64,000 bases of DNA from Clostridia bacterium (lineage in GTDB: Bacteria; Bacillota; Clostridia; TANB77; CAG-508). A program made the translations under genes and the position numbers. Every line of letters starts with the position of its first letter. The first letter of the stretch is position 1. Location: assembly GCA_045643205.1 (NCBI GenBank), contig JAZUKI010000003.1:96001-160000 (forward strand), read 5' to 3'. Below are positions 38,747 through 50,200 of this stretch, one piece after another. The notes beneath the pieces are model-generated. The model saw only the letters and a program-made list of their open reading frames with translations. It was not told the origin of the DNA and made no database searches.

Positions 38747-40675
38747 ATGGGAATAATAAGAGACTTTTTTAATAGAATAATAAAACGTAGAGGAACAAAA
38801 TTATTAGAAACTGCAACACAAGAAGAAATAAAGGATTTTATAGATGCAATAAATTCTAGTGGCAACGAAAAAACTAAAGCATTACTAGAACAGAATTTAA
38901 GTGGTGAAAAAATTGCTCAAGAAAATCTTAAACGTAATGTAGAAATTGTTAATAATTTTATTACTCTTATTAATGATGGAAAAGTTGATATTGGAGGAAT
39001 TTCAACAGAAAATCCATATAAAAGAATATTAAATTATTTTAGCAATAATAAAGAAATAAAAAATACAATACTAGAAATTATAAATAGAAAATTTTACGAT
39101 GAAATAGAAAAATCAAGTAATGGCGAAACATATGAACAAGTACATAATGCATTAGATAGAACATTAGATACATATTTGAAAACAATTGGATCAGACAAAG
39201 ATATAAATAAATTATACGAAATAGGAAAAGTAAAATTATTACAAGGCATTATAAAGAAAAACATATTATTAGTTGAAAATTCAATAGAAATAAGTAATTT
39301 GAGCAATAAGGTTTCTGACATATATGAAGGAAATCTACTTTTTAATATTAAAAAAGAAAAAGATGTAGACAAGCAAATTGCAATGTATGATGAATATATT
39401 AGAGACTTTAGAAATGGTAAAGAGATTGATATAGAAAAGGAAAGAGATTATTTATCATATCCTGTTATAGATGTTTATAAAATGGATTTTATGAAAGATA
39501 GAGAATTAAGAAAACTTTGTAAAAATTACTCTATTCCATCAACTGCTAAAATATCTAAGATATATATAACTGAAACATTTAAACAAACAAAAGAAAGAAA
39601 CAATGCTTTATGTAAAAACAATATAAAAGTAGGTGAAGTAAAAACATCAGATTTAGTACTCGTTAAAGCAACAACAATGTTTCCTAATAATAGAATTTTA
39701 GAATCAGTAGATAAATATAGTGATTTACTAGAAGAGCAATCACCTTTTGAAAAACAATTAAGAAAAGTAGGTGTAATAGATTTATCAAAGTACAAAATGT
39801 TAAAGTTTCAAAATAGAAGAACAGTGCATTTTACACTTAATGGATTATCAGCAAAAAGCGAACAAAGAGATTCAAAAAACGAAAACTATATTATAATTGA
39901 ACCATTTGAAGAACATATAAATGATGATAATTTAATTAATATCAATGAAGCAGATACATATTTTGAAGGTGATTTAGTATTATCTAAGAAAGCAACAATA
40001 TTAGTACCAGTAGAAAAGTATAAACGACTAATAAAAGATGAAAAAATTTTAAAAGAATTAAATAAATTTGATACAAGATTGTTTGATGGCAATGAAGAAG
40101 AAGCAGTACGAATGTGCCTTTTAGATAAAGGATATACATTCGGTTATATTAAGAACTATGGATTTAATATATTTACAAGTAGAGAAGCTAATGAAAATTA
40201 TGATCCATGTGAAGAAAATGAAAAACTTATTTTTGAATGTGAAACAAAATTAGTAAGACAATTACAACAACAAGGTAAAAATGTAAAACATGGTGTTTAT
40301 TTTTGCTCTGAAAGTAAAGTGAAAGATATGAATAGAACAATTGAATTAAGAAAACAGGAATATCAAAAATTAGTAGAATGTATTAATGCAACATGCGATT
40401 TTGAATTTAGCAAAACAATACTTATGAATGATTTTTTATCATCGGCAATGATGCCTCAAAGAGTCAACTATGGCGATTTCACAAAGCCACATTTAAACAT
40501 TGAAAAAATATTTGAAAAACTAAAACCAGAAGGCGTAGAAAGAGCATTGCAAAAATATAATACTGAAATAATAGAAGAACATAATAAAGCTCGAGAAGCA
40601 AAAGATGAAAAGCTAAAAGAGTCTGGATTAATTGTAGAAGAATCAAAATTAAATGCTGATTTTATAAGATATTAA
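38747..40675 (+). CDS. Large hypothetical protein
   Basis: 642-aa ORF, GAGG RBS, downstream hairpin 40771-40822. Confidence 0.78.
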   Translation: MGIIRDFFNRIIKRRGTKLLETATQEEIKDFIDAINSSGNEKTKALLEQNLSGEKIAQENLKRNVEIVNNFITLINDGKVDIGGISTENPYKRILNYFSNNKEIKNTILEIINRKFYDEIEKSSNGETYEQVHNALDRTLDTYLKTIGSDKDINKLYEIGKVKLLQGIIKKNILLVENSIEISNLSNKVSDIYEGNLLFNIKKEKDVDKQIAMYDEYIRDFRNGKEIDIEKERDYLSYPVIDVYKMDFMKDRELRKLCKNYSIPSTAKISKIYITETFKQTKERNNALCKNNIKVGEVKTSDLVLVKATTMFPNNRILESVDKYSDLLEEQSPFEKQLRKVGVIDLSKYKMLKFQNRRTVHFTLNGLSAKSEQRDSKNENYIIIEPFEEHINDDNLININEADTYFEGDLVLSKKATILVPVEKYKRLIKDEKILKELNKFDTRLFDGNEEEAVRMCLLDKGYTFGYIKNYGFNIFTSREANENYDPCEENEKLIFECETKLVRQLQQQGKNVKHGVYFCSESKVKDMNRTIELRKQEYQKLVECINATCDFEFSKTILMNDFLSSAMMPQRVNYGDFTKPHLNIEKIFEKLKPEGVERALQKYNTEIIEEHNKAREAKDEKLKESGLIVEESKLNADFIRY

Positions 40676-40840
40676 ATAAAGATTTATATGATATAAAGCA
40701 TAGAAATAAAAAATAAAATAAAAATAAATAAAATAAAAAGTGAAATAAAAAACATAACAAAAATATAATTTGTTACCTAACGAATAATTTTAAAAAAATG
40801 CTAAAATTGTTCGTTAGGTAAACTAAAAATAAAAAAAGTG

Positions 40841-40985
40841 TTGACAAAATGTGGAAAGCATGTTATCATAGCCACATATTAAGAGTTTACTTTTTAGCAG
40901 TAAAGGGTGTTACAACCTACACTTGAAAGATTGAAAAGTCTTGCAAAGGAGTCTTATACAGATTTTTTTGCAAGGCTTTTTTTGG
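40841..40985 (+). promoter_or_regulatory. Promoter plus leader with premature terminator (putative attenuator) upstream of ABC exporter operon
   Basis: TTGACA 40841-40846, 17 nt, TATCAT 40864-40869; hairpin AAGTCTTGCAAA...TTTGCAAGGCTTTTTTT ends about 70 nt before the start codon. Confidence 0.65.
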
Positions 40986-41054
40986 CCTTTGTAAAAAAAT
41001 AGAAGGATTTAATTAAATGCTTCAAAAAGTAAAATTAAGAAGGAGGATAAAGTA

Positions 41055-42038
41055 ATGAACATTATCAAAGTTACAAACTTATCAAAAACTTTCAAAGTTA
41101 AGATCAAAGAAAAAGGCTTAAAGGGAAGTTTAAAATCTATCTTCAAATCAAAACACAAGGAAGTACATGCAGTAAATAACATTTCTTTTGAGGTTGAAGA
41201 AGGCGAAATGGTTGCATTTATAGGACCTAATGGCGCTGGCAAATCAACAACAATAAAAATGTTAACAGGGATACTTTATCCTGATGCAGGTGAAATAAAT
41301 ATTCTTGGAATTGATCCAAAAAAAGATAGAAAAAAATTAGCCTATAAGATAGGCACTGTGTTTGGTCAAAAGGAACAACTTTGGACACACTTGACACCTT
41401 ATGATAACTTTCGTTTCTTTGGTGCAATTTATGACATTCCAAACGAAAAGATAGAAGAAAAAATAAATAAGCTTAAGGAACTTTTCGGGTTAGAAGAATT
41501 CATTAATACACCAGTTAGAAATTTATCGTTAGGTCAAAGAATTAGATGTGAAATTGTAGCATCATTAATTCACGAACCAAAAATTTTGTTTCTTGATGAA
41601 CCAACAATCGGCCTTGACCCAGTTGTAAAACAAAATATCAGATCGCTTATAAAGAAGATGAATAGAGAACTTAATACAACTGTATTCTTAACATCACATG
41701 ATGTAAGCGATATTGAAAAGTTGTGTAAGAGAGTAATAATCATCAATAACGGTGAGATTGTTTTGGATGATACGATGGAAAATTTAAAATATCATTATTT
41801 CAACAAAAAAATAATTGAAGCAAAACTTGCAACAGAAATAAATATCACAGAAATGGCAGGTGTTGAAATTGAAAAACAAAATGGTACGAACTACAAGTTT
41901 TCTGTAGATACAACAATCACAAGTGTAGCAGAAGTTTTAAAGAAGTTACAATTGGAAAATCTCGAAGATATTTCTATTTCAAGTATTCCACTTGAAACAA
42001 TTATTAGTGATATCTATAAGAGAGAAAATAAATCTTAA
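41055..42038 (+). CDS. ABC exporter ATP-binding protein
   Basis: GPNGAGKST, LSLGQR, LDEPTIGLD. Confidence 0.93.
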   Translation: MNIIKVTNLSKTFKVKIKEKGLKGSLKSIFKSKHKEVHAVNNISFEVEEGEMVAFIGPNGAGKSTTIKMLTGILYPDAGEINILGIDPKKDRKKLAYKIGTVFGQKEQLWTHLTPYDNFRFFGAIYDIPNEKIEEKINKLKELFGLEEFINTPVRNLSLGQRIRCEIVASLIHEPKILFLDEPTIGLDPVVKQNIRSLIKKMNRELNTTVFLTSHDVSDIEKLCKRVIIINNGEIVLDDTMENLKYHYFNKKIIEAKLATEINITEMAGVEIEKQNGTNYKFSVDTTITSVAEVLKKLQLENLEDISISSIPLETIISDIYKRENKS

Positions 42039-42054
42039 AGAAAGGAAGAACAAA

Positions 42055-42843
42055 ATGAAAAAATACTTATATGCATTTAAATTTGAAGTAATGACAACAC
42101 TTCAATATGTATTTGATTTCATTGGAAAAATATTTTCACTATTCATTATGATATTTGTATTTATGAATTTGTGGAATTTTATGTATGATGATCCAAGTCA
42201 AGTAATAAATGGGTATACAAAGTTTCAGATGATATGGTATGTAAGTATTTCTGAATTAATGTACTTCATAACACAAGGTAAAAAAACGTGTGACACAATA
42301 GCAAGATATGTTAAGTCGGGAAACATTTCATACACAATAAATAAACCTTATGATTATGTAGTATATACATTGTTTACTTTATTAGGCCGTAGTTTTGTAT
42401 CAAGCATATTTTATACAACTTTTACAATACTAATAGGAAGTGCATTTACAGGCGCGTTACCAACATTAACAATTACTGAGCTATGTGCAATTGTTTTAAT
42501 TTTTGTACTAGCTGTTACAATATCATTGCTGATAGTTATAGCCATCGGACTATTTTCGTTTATATTTGAGGACTCATCACCAATGTATTGGATATACAGT
42601 AAGATTTGGTTAATTTGTGGAACATTATTTCCAATAGAATTTTTTCCAATATGGGCACAAAACATCTTAAGGTTCACACCAATATATGTAATAACAGGAC
42701 CATCAAGATTAGCTGCAAACTTTAATGGAGAAGAATTTATACAAACATTAATTGCACAAGTTATATATCTAGTTATTGCATTTGGCATTTGTGAATTAAT
42801 TTATAGAAAGGGGATGAAAAAGTTAAATGTTAACGGAGGTTAA
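42055..42843 (+). CDS. ABC-2 family (DUF990-type) permease
   Basis: Six TM helices, VKSGNI....KP, G.LFPIEFFP, C-terminal VNGG. Confidence 0.85.
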   Translation: MKKYLYAFKFEVMTTLQYVFDFIGKIFSLFIMIFVFMNLWNFMYDDPSQVINGYTKFQMIWYVSISELMYFITQGKKTCDTIARYVKSGNISYTINKPYDYVVYTLFTLLGRSFVSSIFYTTFTILIGSAFTGALPTLTITELCAIVLIFVLAVTISLLIVIAIGLFSFIFEDSSPMYWIYSKIWLICGTLFPIEFFPIWAQNILRFTPIYVITGPSRLAANFNGEEFIQTLIAQVIYLVIAFGICELIYRKGMKKLNVNGG

Positions 42844-43621
42844 AAATCAAATAAAAGTAACATTATTAACAACTAAATACGCTATCATGAGAGAGATGTT
42901 GAACAAAGCAAATTTTATAAGTAATGTTTTCTTTATGATTTTAAATAACTCAACATTTCTTATTCAATGGTTTTTACTTTTATCTATAAAAGAAAGTATA
43001 GCCGGATATGATATACATAAAATACTATACTTATGGGGATTAGCTTCACTATCTTATGGTGTTGCACATTTCTTTTTCAAAGGTGCCTTTAATATTGGAG
43101 ACCTAATAAATGAAGGAAAACTAGATAGCTACATGGTACAACCAAAAAATATTTTAATATCAATTAGTACTGCAAGTTGTGAGCCATCAGCAATGGGAGA
43201 TTTAATATATGGTTTCATATTGTTTTTTATAAACACACCAACATTTACAAATTTCTTGTTGTATGTATTATTTGGAATTACAGGTGGATTGATTATTACA
43301 AGTGTAACAATTATTTTGAATAGCTTAAGTTTTTGGTTTTCAAAATCAGATTCAATTGCAGATGCAGGAATTAGTTTAATGACAACATTTGCAACATATC
43401 CAGGAACAATATTTAAAGGTGCAACAAAAATTATACTTTACACAATAATTCCATTAGGAGCAACAGCTTATATACCAATTGAAACCTTAACAAATTTTGA
43501 TTTAAAATACTTATTGATAATTTTAGGAATTACAATATTTTTCTTATTCTTTGCATTCTTTATTTTCTACAGAGGAATAAAGAAATATGCATCAAGTAAC
43601 TTGATGAGTGCGAGAATATAA
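42827..43621 (+). CDS. ABC-2 family (DUF990-type) permease
   Basis: GKLDSYMVQPK, FATYPGTIF, GIKKYAS motifs. Confidence 0.85.
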   Translation: MLTEVKNQIKVTLLTTKYAIMREMLNKANFISNVFFMILNNSTFLIQWFLLLSIKESIAGYDIHKILYLWGLASLSYGVAHFFFKGAFNIGDLINEGKLDSYMVQPKNILISISTASCEPSAMGDLIYGFILFFINTPTFTNFLLYVLFGITGGLIITSVTIILNSLSFWFSKSDSIADAGISLMTTFATYPGTIFKGATKIILYTIIPLGATAYIPIETLTNFDLKYLLIILGITIFFLFFAFFIFYRGIKKYASSNLMSARI

Positions 43622-43861
43622 TCTTAACCAAAAGAGCCAATGAAGTGAATTCTAAATAGAGTTCACCTCAGTAGGCTCTTTTATTTATCTCGAAAATGGA
43701 GAAATAACTACGAAATCAAGCGTTTCACAGTTGAATATTAAGAAAATATTTCAAAAACTCTCTTTATTAATATAACTTTTATATTAAAAACTCTGTTTTA
43801 AAGCCCTATTATTATAATGAACAAAATGGATTTTAAAAATATTTTTTTAGGAGAATTACGT

Positions 43862-46800
43862 ATGAAAAAAGTTTTAAAGAAAATTTTAATAATACCATTT
43901 ATTATAGCATTAATATTGCTTTTACTAGAAGGTGAACTAGTAAAGAAATATGCTATTGAAGACTGGGAAGTTGATTTATCATTTCCAACAGAAGAAATAA
44001 TGTCTCAATGGCAATCAATTTCATGCTATACAGCAGATGGTATACAACAATATCCAGGACAATGGGGCTATTTAACTAGTGGTGGAAATAGCTATCTTAG
44101 AAATGCAGAAAATACAGATAACTTAACAGGCTTTTATAATCCATATACGAACTATGAAGATATTGATGTAAAAATTAATATGGGAGTTATAAATGGAGAA
44201 AGTGCCGGCGATGATGACTATATGGGAATAATGATAAGAGTTTCTGAAAATCAAACTAATCATACATCTTCAGCCTATTTATTTTTAATACCAGGAGATC
44301 CATATTCACCAACAGGATGGAGACATACAGATAATAAATTCTATACTCTTTTAAATCCAGTTGTAGGAGATGAAGATAAAGGAATGGGCAAAGATGACTA
44401 TGGAAAATATATTCAATCAATTGCAGGTTCAGGTGCAGGATTATATAAAATAACTAATTCTCAATTCGCAATGGCCAATGTTCAATTATTACAATTAGCA
44501 TCTGAAAAAAACATGTACTGGGAACTTGGTGTTGACCAAGATGTTGAAATAAAAGCTACAGGAAACAAGATTGAAGTTTGGGTAACTAAGGCAGGTGGAT
44601 CAAGAGTAAAAGAAATAGAATATACTGATGCAAATCCAATAAAATCAGGTTCATATGGATTCTTTGCATGTAGCCAACCAGGAGATAGTTATAACAATAT
44701 TAGAGGAACAGCAACACTAGCAAAATATACAGTATCATTCAATGGAAATGGTGGAACAACAATAGGTAATTCTTCTATAACAGCTATTTCTACAAAAACA
44801 TATAGTGGTGTACCAACATCAGCAACACGTACAGGCTATACATTTGATGGATGGTATACAGAACCAACAGGAGGAACAAAAACAGATATTGCAAATGGTG
44901 CAACAGTTAATATTAATAGAGACACAACAGTATATGCACACTGGGCACCAAGAAATGATACAAGATATAAAGTACAACATTGGAAACAAAATTCATACGA
45001 TAATACAAATCAAGCAATAACAAATGAATATAATACACATTATGATTCAACACATTACACATTAGCAGGAACAGATACTTTAACAGGAACAACAGATTCA
45101 AAAGTTACACCAAATGTAAATACTTATGAAGGATTCACAAGTCCAGCAAAACAAGAATTAGTTATTAATGCAGATGGAAGTAGTGTTTTAAATTATTATT
45201 ATAAGAGAAATGAATATAATGTTTCTTTAACAGCAGGAAACGGAATACAAACAGTTACTGGAGCAAGAAAATATTTATATGGTGCAACAGTAAAAATTTC
45301 AGCAACACCAAAAGCAGGATATGCTTGGGATAGATGGACAGGCGATACAATAAATGGAACTGAAAACACATACACATTTGTAATGCCAGCACATGGTGTA
45401 TCAGAAACTGCATTTGGAAAAACAGTAGGATACGGAATAACATATTTACCAAACGATGCTGATCCAACAACAGCAAAAGCAGTAATGCCTGAAAATCCAA
45501 CAACATATGATATAGAAACTGAAACTATCACATTAAACAATCCAACAAGAACAGGTTACGAATTTATTGGATGGACAAGTGATAATAGTACAGTACCAAT
45601 GATAATAATGACACTAAACAAAGGATCAATTGGAAATAAAACTTTTACAGCTAACTGGAGAGCAAGAAACGACACACATTATAAAGTACAACATTGGAAA
45701 CAAAGAATATATGAAAATCAAGATGAGGAAGTGAGAGAATATTACAATACTCATTACAATGAAGAATGTTATGAAATTGCAGAAATAGATGATTTAGAAG
45801 GAACAAGTGATACAAAGGTTATTCCAAATATTAAAAATTATTTAGGATTCACAAGTCCAGAAGAACAAGAATTATTAATTGATGCAAACGGAACTTCAGT
45901 TTTAAATTATTACTACAAGAGAAATGAATACAATGTAGAATTAATTGCAGGCAATGGAATTAAAGAAACAATCGGCGGAAGAAATTATTTATTCGAAGAT
46001 AGAGTAGAAATTTCAGCAGAAACAAAACCAGGATACGAATGGGAAAAATGGACTGGAGATAAAATAACAGGAAGAAATTTAACTTATGTATTTATAATGC
46101 CAGCAAATGATATTAGAGAAACAGCATCAGCAGTAGCAAAAGAATATCAAATAACATATATAGCAAATGATGATGATCCAACAACATCAAAAGTAGTAAT
46201 GGCAAACAATCCAGCAACATACAATCCAGAAACAGAAGATTTTAAAATAGTAAATCCAATAAGAACTGGATATGAATTTGTAGGATGGGTTGTAGAAAAT
46301 GAAGAAATACCTTCTGAAACAGAAGAACCAACACAAGAAGTAACAATAACAAAAGGAACATATGGAAACTTAAAGTTAACAGCTAATTGGGAAGCAAAAA
46401 CAAATAATCAATACACAGTACAACATTGGCAACAAAGAATTTATAAAAATGATGATGAAGCTAAAGAGAGAGCAAATGCATCAATTATAGATGAAGACAA
46501 TTACAAATTAGTTGATACAGAAAACTTTAACGGAACAACAGGAACAATAGTAAAACCAGAAACAAAAGAATACGAAGGCTTTACAGCACCAGCAAAACAA
46601 GAATTATTAATTAAAGCTGATGGAACAGCAATAATAAATTATTATTACACAAGAAACTATTATAAATTAACTGTTGAAAAAGATGAAAACACATCTAATG
46701 TAGAAGGTGCAGGAATTTATTTATATGGTGAAAAAGTAAAAATAAATTGTATATCAAATTATGGTTATTCGTTTAAAGAATGGCAAGGAGATGCAGAAGA

Positions 46801-47191
46801 TAAAAAGCAAGAAGATTATATTGAAATGCTTGCAAGTGATAAACAAATAAAAGCTATATCACAAAAGAACATACATAAAGTTACAGTTGATTTAGGTGAT
46901 GTAGAAAAATATAAAATGGTTGAATACGATGATGTTATTGACTTAGAAATACCATATAGAGATGGATATGAATTCTTATACTTCAAAACAAAAGATGGCG
47001 AAAAAATATATGATAACAAATTACGTATTGATGATAAAGATTATTATATAGAAGCAGTTTATGCAGAGATACCAACAATCTCATTACCACAAACAGGTGA
47101 AGATAATGATGCACTTATAATTGCGCTATATGCAATTTTAACAGTAATGTCATTAGGAACTGCAATATTTTTTATACACAAAAGAAAATAA
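43862..47191 (+). CDS. Cell-wall-anchored adhesin-like protein: lectin-like N-domain plus InlB-B/MucBP-like repeat stalk
   Basis: Signal peptide; DDDYMG motif; repeated TRTGY.F.GW and YKVQHWKQ...YEGFTSP...YYYKRN modules; LPQTG, TM helix, basic tail. Confidence 0.85.
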   Translation: MKKVLKKILIIPFIIALILLLLEGELVKKYAIEDWEVDLSFPTEEIMSQWQSISCYTADGIQQYPGQWGYLTSGGNSYLRNAENTDNLTGFYNPYTNYEDIDVKINMGVINGESAGDDDYMGIMIRVSENQTNHTSSAYLFLIPGDPYSPTGWRHTDNKFYTLLNPVVGDEDKGMGKDDYGKYIQSIAGSGAGLYKITNSQFAMANVQLLQLASEKNMYWELGVDQDVEIKATGNKIEVWVTKAGGSRVKEIEYTDANPIKSGSYGFFACSQPGDSYNNIRGTATLAKYTVSFNGNGGTTIGNSSITAISTKTYSGVPTSATRTGYTFDGWYTEPTGGTKTDIANGATVNINRDTTVYAHWAPRNDTRYKVQHWKQNSYDNTNQAITNEYNTHYDSTHYTLAGTDTLTGTTDSKVTPNVNTYEGFTSPAKQELVINADGSSVLNYYYKRNEYNVSLTAGNGIQTVTGARKYLYGATVKISATPKAGYAWDRWTGDTINGTENTYTFVMPAHGVSETAFGKTVGYGITYLPNDADPTTAKAVMPENPTTYDIETETITLNNPTRTGYEFIGWTSDNSTVPMIIMTLNKGSIGNKTFTANWRARNDTHYKVQHWKQRIYENQDEEVREYYNTHYNEECYEIAEIDDLEGTSDTKVIPNIKNYLGFTSPEEQELLIDANGTSVLNYYYKRNEYNVELIAGNGIKETIGGRNYLFEDRVEISAETKPGYEWEKWTGDKITGRNLTYVFIMPANDIRETASAVAKEYQITYIANDDDPTTSKVVMANNPATYNPETEDFKIVNPIRTGYEFVGWVVENEEIPSETEEPTQEVTITKGTYGNLKLTANWEAKTNNQYTVQHWQQRIYKNDDEAKERANASIIDEDNYKLVDTENFNGTTGTIVKPETKEYEGFTAPAKQELLIKADGTAIINYYYTRNYYKLTVEKDENTSNVEGAGIYLYGEKVKINCISNYGYSFKEWQGDAEDKKQEDYIEMLASDKQIKAISQKNIHKVTVDLGDVEKYKMVEYDDVIDLEIPYRDGYEFLYFKTKDGEKIYDNKLRIDDKDYYIEAVYAEIPTISLPQTGEDNDALIIALYAILTVMSLGTAIFFIHKRK

Positions 47192-47279
47192 AAAATTAAA
47201 CAAAGATAAAAACTAAAACAATAAAATAACAACACAAGATAAACGAAAGAAAAACATCTAAAAAAGATGGGAGAACAAT

Positions 47280-50200
47280 ATGAAGAAATTAAAATTAATA
47301 ATTGAAAAAATCCTCATATTTGTATTAATGATTTTACCATTAACAATAAGCTTCATTAATCCATTAAAAACAATTGCTGCGGAAGCAATGCCAATTGATT
47401 TAGGAACATACAATGAGGCTACTGTTAATGCGCCAATTCACACGCATATTTGGACAACAAAGTTTGATGATAACTATCACTGGGAAGAATGTTCAATATG
47501 TAAAAACACAAGAAATAAAACAACCCACGTTTTATCAGGAAATGGTGGAAGTAAAACATTATGTGAAAATGGCTACTTTAATGAAGCATATAGAGAAACA
47601 TGTAATTGCGGTTTCCAATCAAAACCTCAAGTAGTAGTACATGGTAGATATGAAAACTATGTTGATTGTCAAACTTTAAACTATGGAACAATGAACAATC
47701 AAACATTTAATAATTTAAAACATGTTTCAAATGCAGAATTTCAAGATCTTCTTAATGGTACAAACAACAGCGGTAAAAACCCATCATTGCAAAAATTACC
47801 AGCAACACCAGGAGGACAACCATACACATGGAATGCCATTGACAATGATGGATTAGGATTAATCTTTATGGGCGGACCAATCATGAGCGATACAAGAGGA
47901 GTAAAAGGAACATTAGAATTAATCATAGGTTCAGAAGGTGATTGTGGAAAGAAAGTAGCATTTGATGAATACTTCATTCTAACAAGATATATTTACTCAA
48001 CAGAAAATCCAACAAGATTAGGTTTTGTAAGTTACATGGAAAATAATACACCACATAGTGACTTAATTAATAATTCAGATCACATGCTTTATGGTTATCC
48101 AGCAAAATATAGAAATCGTGTAAACGATACTCAATGGAATAAAATAGTAGCAGAATTTAAAGGATATTATACACATACATCAAGTTGGGGTTGGCAATCA
48201 ATGAACATCCAACATGCTGGTCACGCAAACTCAGGAAGTTATATTTATGCAACAAGTGCATGTTATGATTCAAGCAATCATCATTCAATTAATTTAAATG
48301 ATGATGTTCCAATTAATTGTGATATATGTGATTGTCACTACAATGGAAATGAAGGATATTCATCAGATACATGGTATAGATGTAGTGCACATGAAAGATT
48401 AAATGATGGAGAATCAGTAACATGTGGAGGACACATTGTTACAGGAAAAGATGGAGTGAAATTAGGAACTGTATATTGTAATTTCAAAAGAACAGGAGAC
48501 ACAACAGTAAGAACAAATGTCACAGTTGTTCCGGAAAAAGGATTTACAGTAGTAGAAAACACAACAGTACCAAACACAGTAGTCCCAAAACTTGATTCAA
48601 CAAATCCATCATCAACATGGACATATTATGGAATAGTAAGACTTTCAAATCAAAAATCAGGAAGCCAATTAATATCAAGAGGAATAAACTGTGGAATCAA
48701 CTATGGATTCAACGACACAATAGCTCCAACAGCATATGGATATTCAAACAACACAACAAACAATAGCTACTGGAAGGTAGAAGGTGCAGGAACACAAAGT
48801 AATCCAAAAACACAATCAAAAATAACAGTAACATTCAAAGATCCACAACAATATTCAAGAAACGTAGTAAAAGTAAAAGTTTATGATTCAGATCAAAAAA
48901 CAGTTTTACCACAAGGAAACAATGTAACAGAAACACCATTAACAAAAGTTTCAGGAACATCTGGAGATAACACTTTATGGCAAGGCACAATAAATATAAT
49001 GACAGAAGTAAATGGAACAAAAAACATTTATGTTCAAGCAATAGATGCATGTAACAGAACATCAGCATTAATTCCAATGCAAATAAGTTACATTGATGCA
49101 CAAGGCCCAACATTAACAATAACAGCAGATAAAAACAATAATACATGGGCAACATCAAAAATATTAACACTAACAGGTTCAGATGATTACAAATATTATT
49201 CAATGGGAACAAGTGCAACAGATATGATTCAAGTAGGCAACACTACATACAACAACCAAAGAAAATATGAAGTAACAGGAGATACATATTCTCAACCAAG
49301 AACAATAAGATTCTACGCACAAGATACAGCAGGAAACTTATCATACAAAGATTATTCAATTAGTCATATTGATAACACAAAACCAACAATAGATTTAGCA
49401 AGAGTAACAATAGGTCATGGTAGTTCAACAATGCAAATTGTTGCAAACGATAAAAACAGAATACTAAATGAAGAGGGAAGTGGTGTTACTCAATATGCTG
49501 CAAGCAAAGACTTAGCAACATTAGAAAGTAAATTCCAAACAAGTAATCAATTTACACTAGACGAAACCGGTAGATATTATTTTGCTGTAAAAGATGCAGT
49601 AGGAAATATATCTGTTGTAGAATCAACAATAATAAATATAATGTACGACTTAACAATTAATCCAAACGGAGGAGTATACAACAATTCTAATAACAGCACT
49701 ATAAAAGCAATTCAAGATGGAACAACAGAAAGCATAGCAATACCAACACGTGTAGGCTATAATTTTGCTGGCTGGACACTAACAGGAACAAATAGTACAT
49801 TAACATATACAGACAATAGTTTAACAAAACCTGCAACATTCAAAATGGGAACAGAAGATGCAACATTAACTGCAAACTGGACACCAAGAAATGATACAGA
49901 CTATGTAGTTAGACACTGGAAACAAAATTTATATGACAATACAAATGAAGAAACAAAAGAATATTACAACACTCAATACGATGATATAATCTATGAACTA
50001 ACAGATGCAGAAGAATTACAAGGAACATCAGATACAAAAGTAACACCAGCAGTTAAAATATATGAAGGATTTACAAGTCCTGAAAGACAAGAAATAACAA
50101 TCAATGCAGACGGAAGCGGATTTCTAGATTACTATTATAAGAGAAATGAATATAATGTAAAATTAAATGGTGACAACGGAATTGACGAATTAATAGGTGA

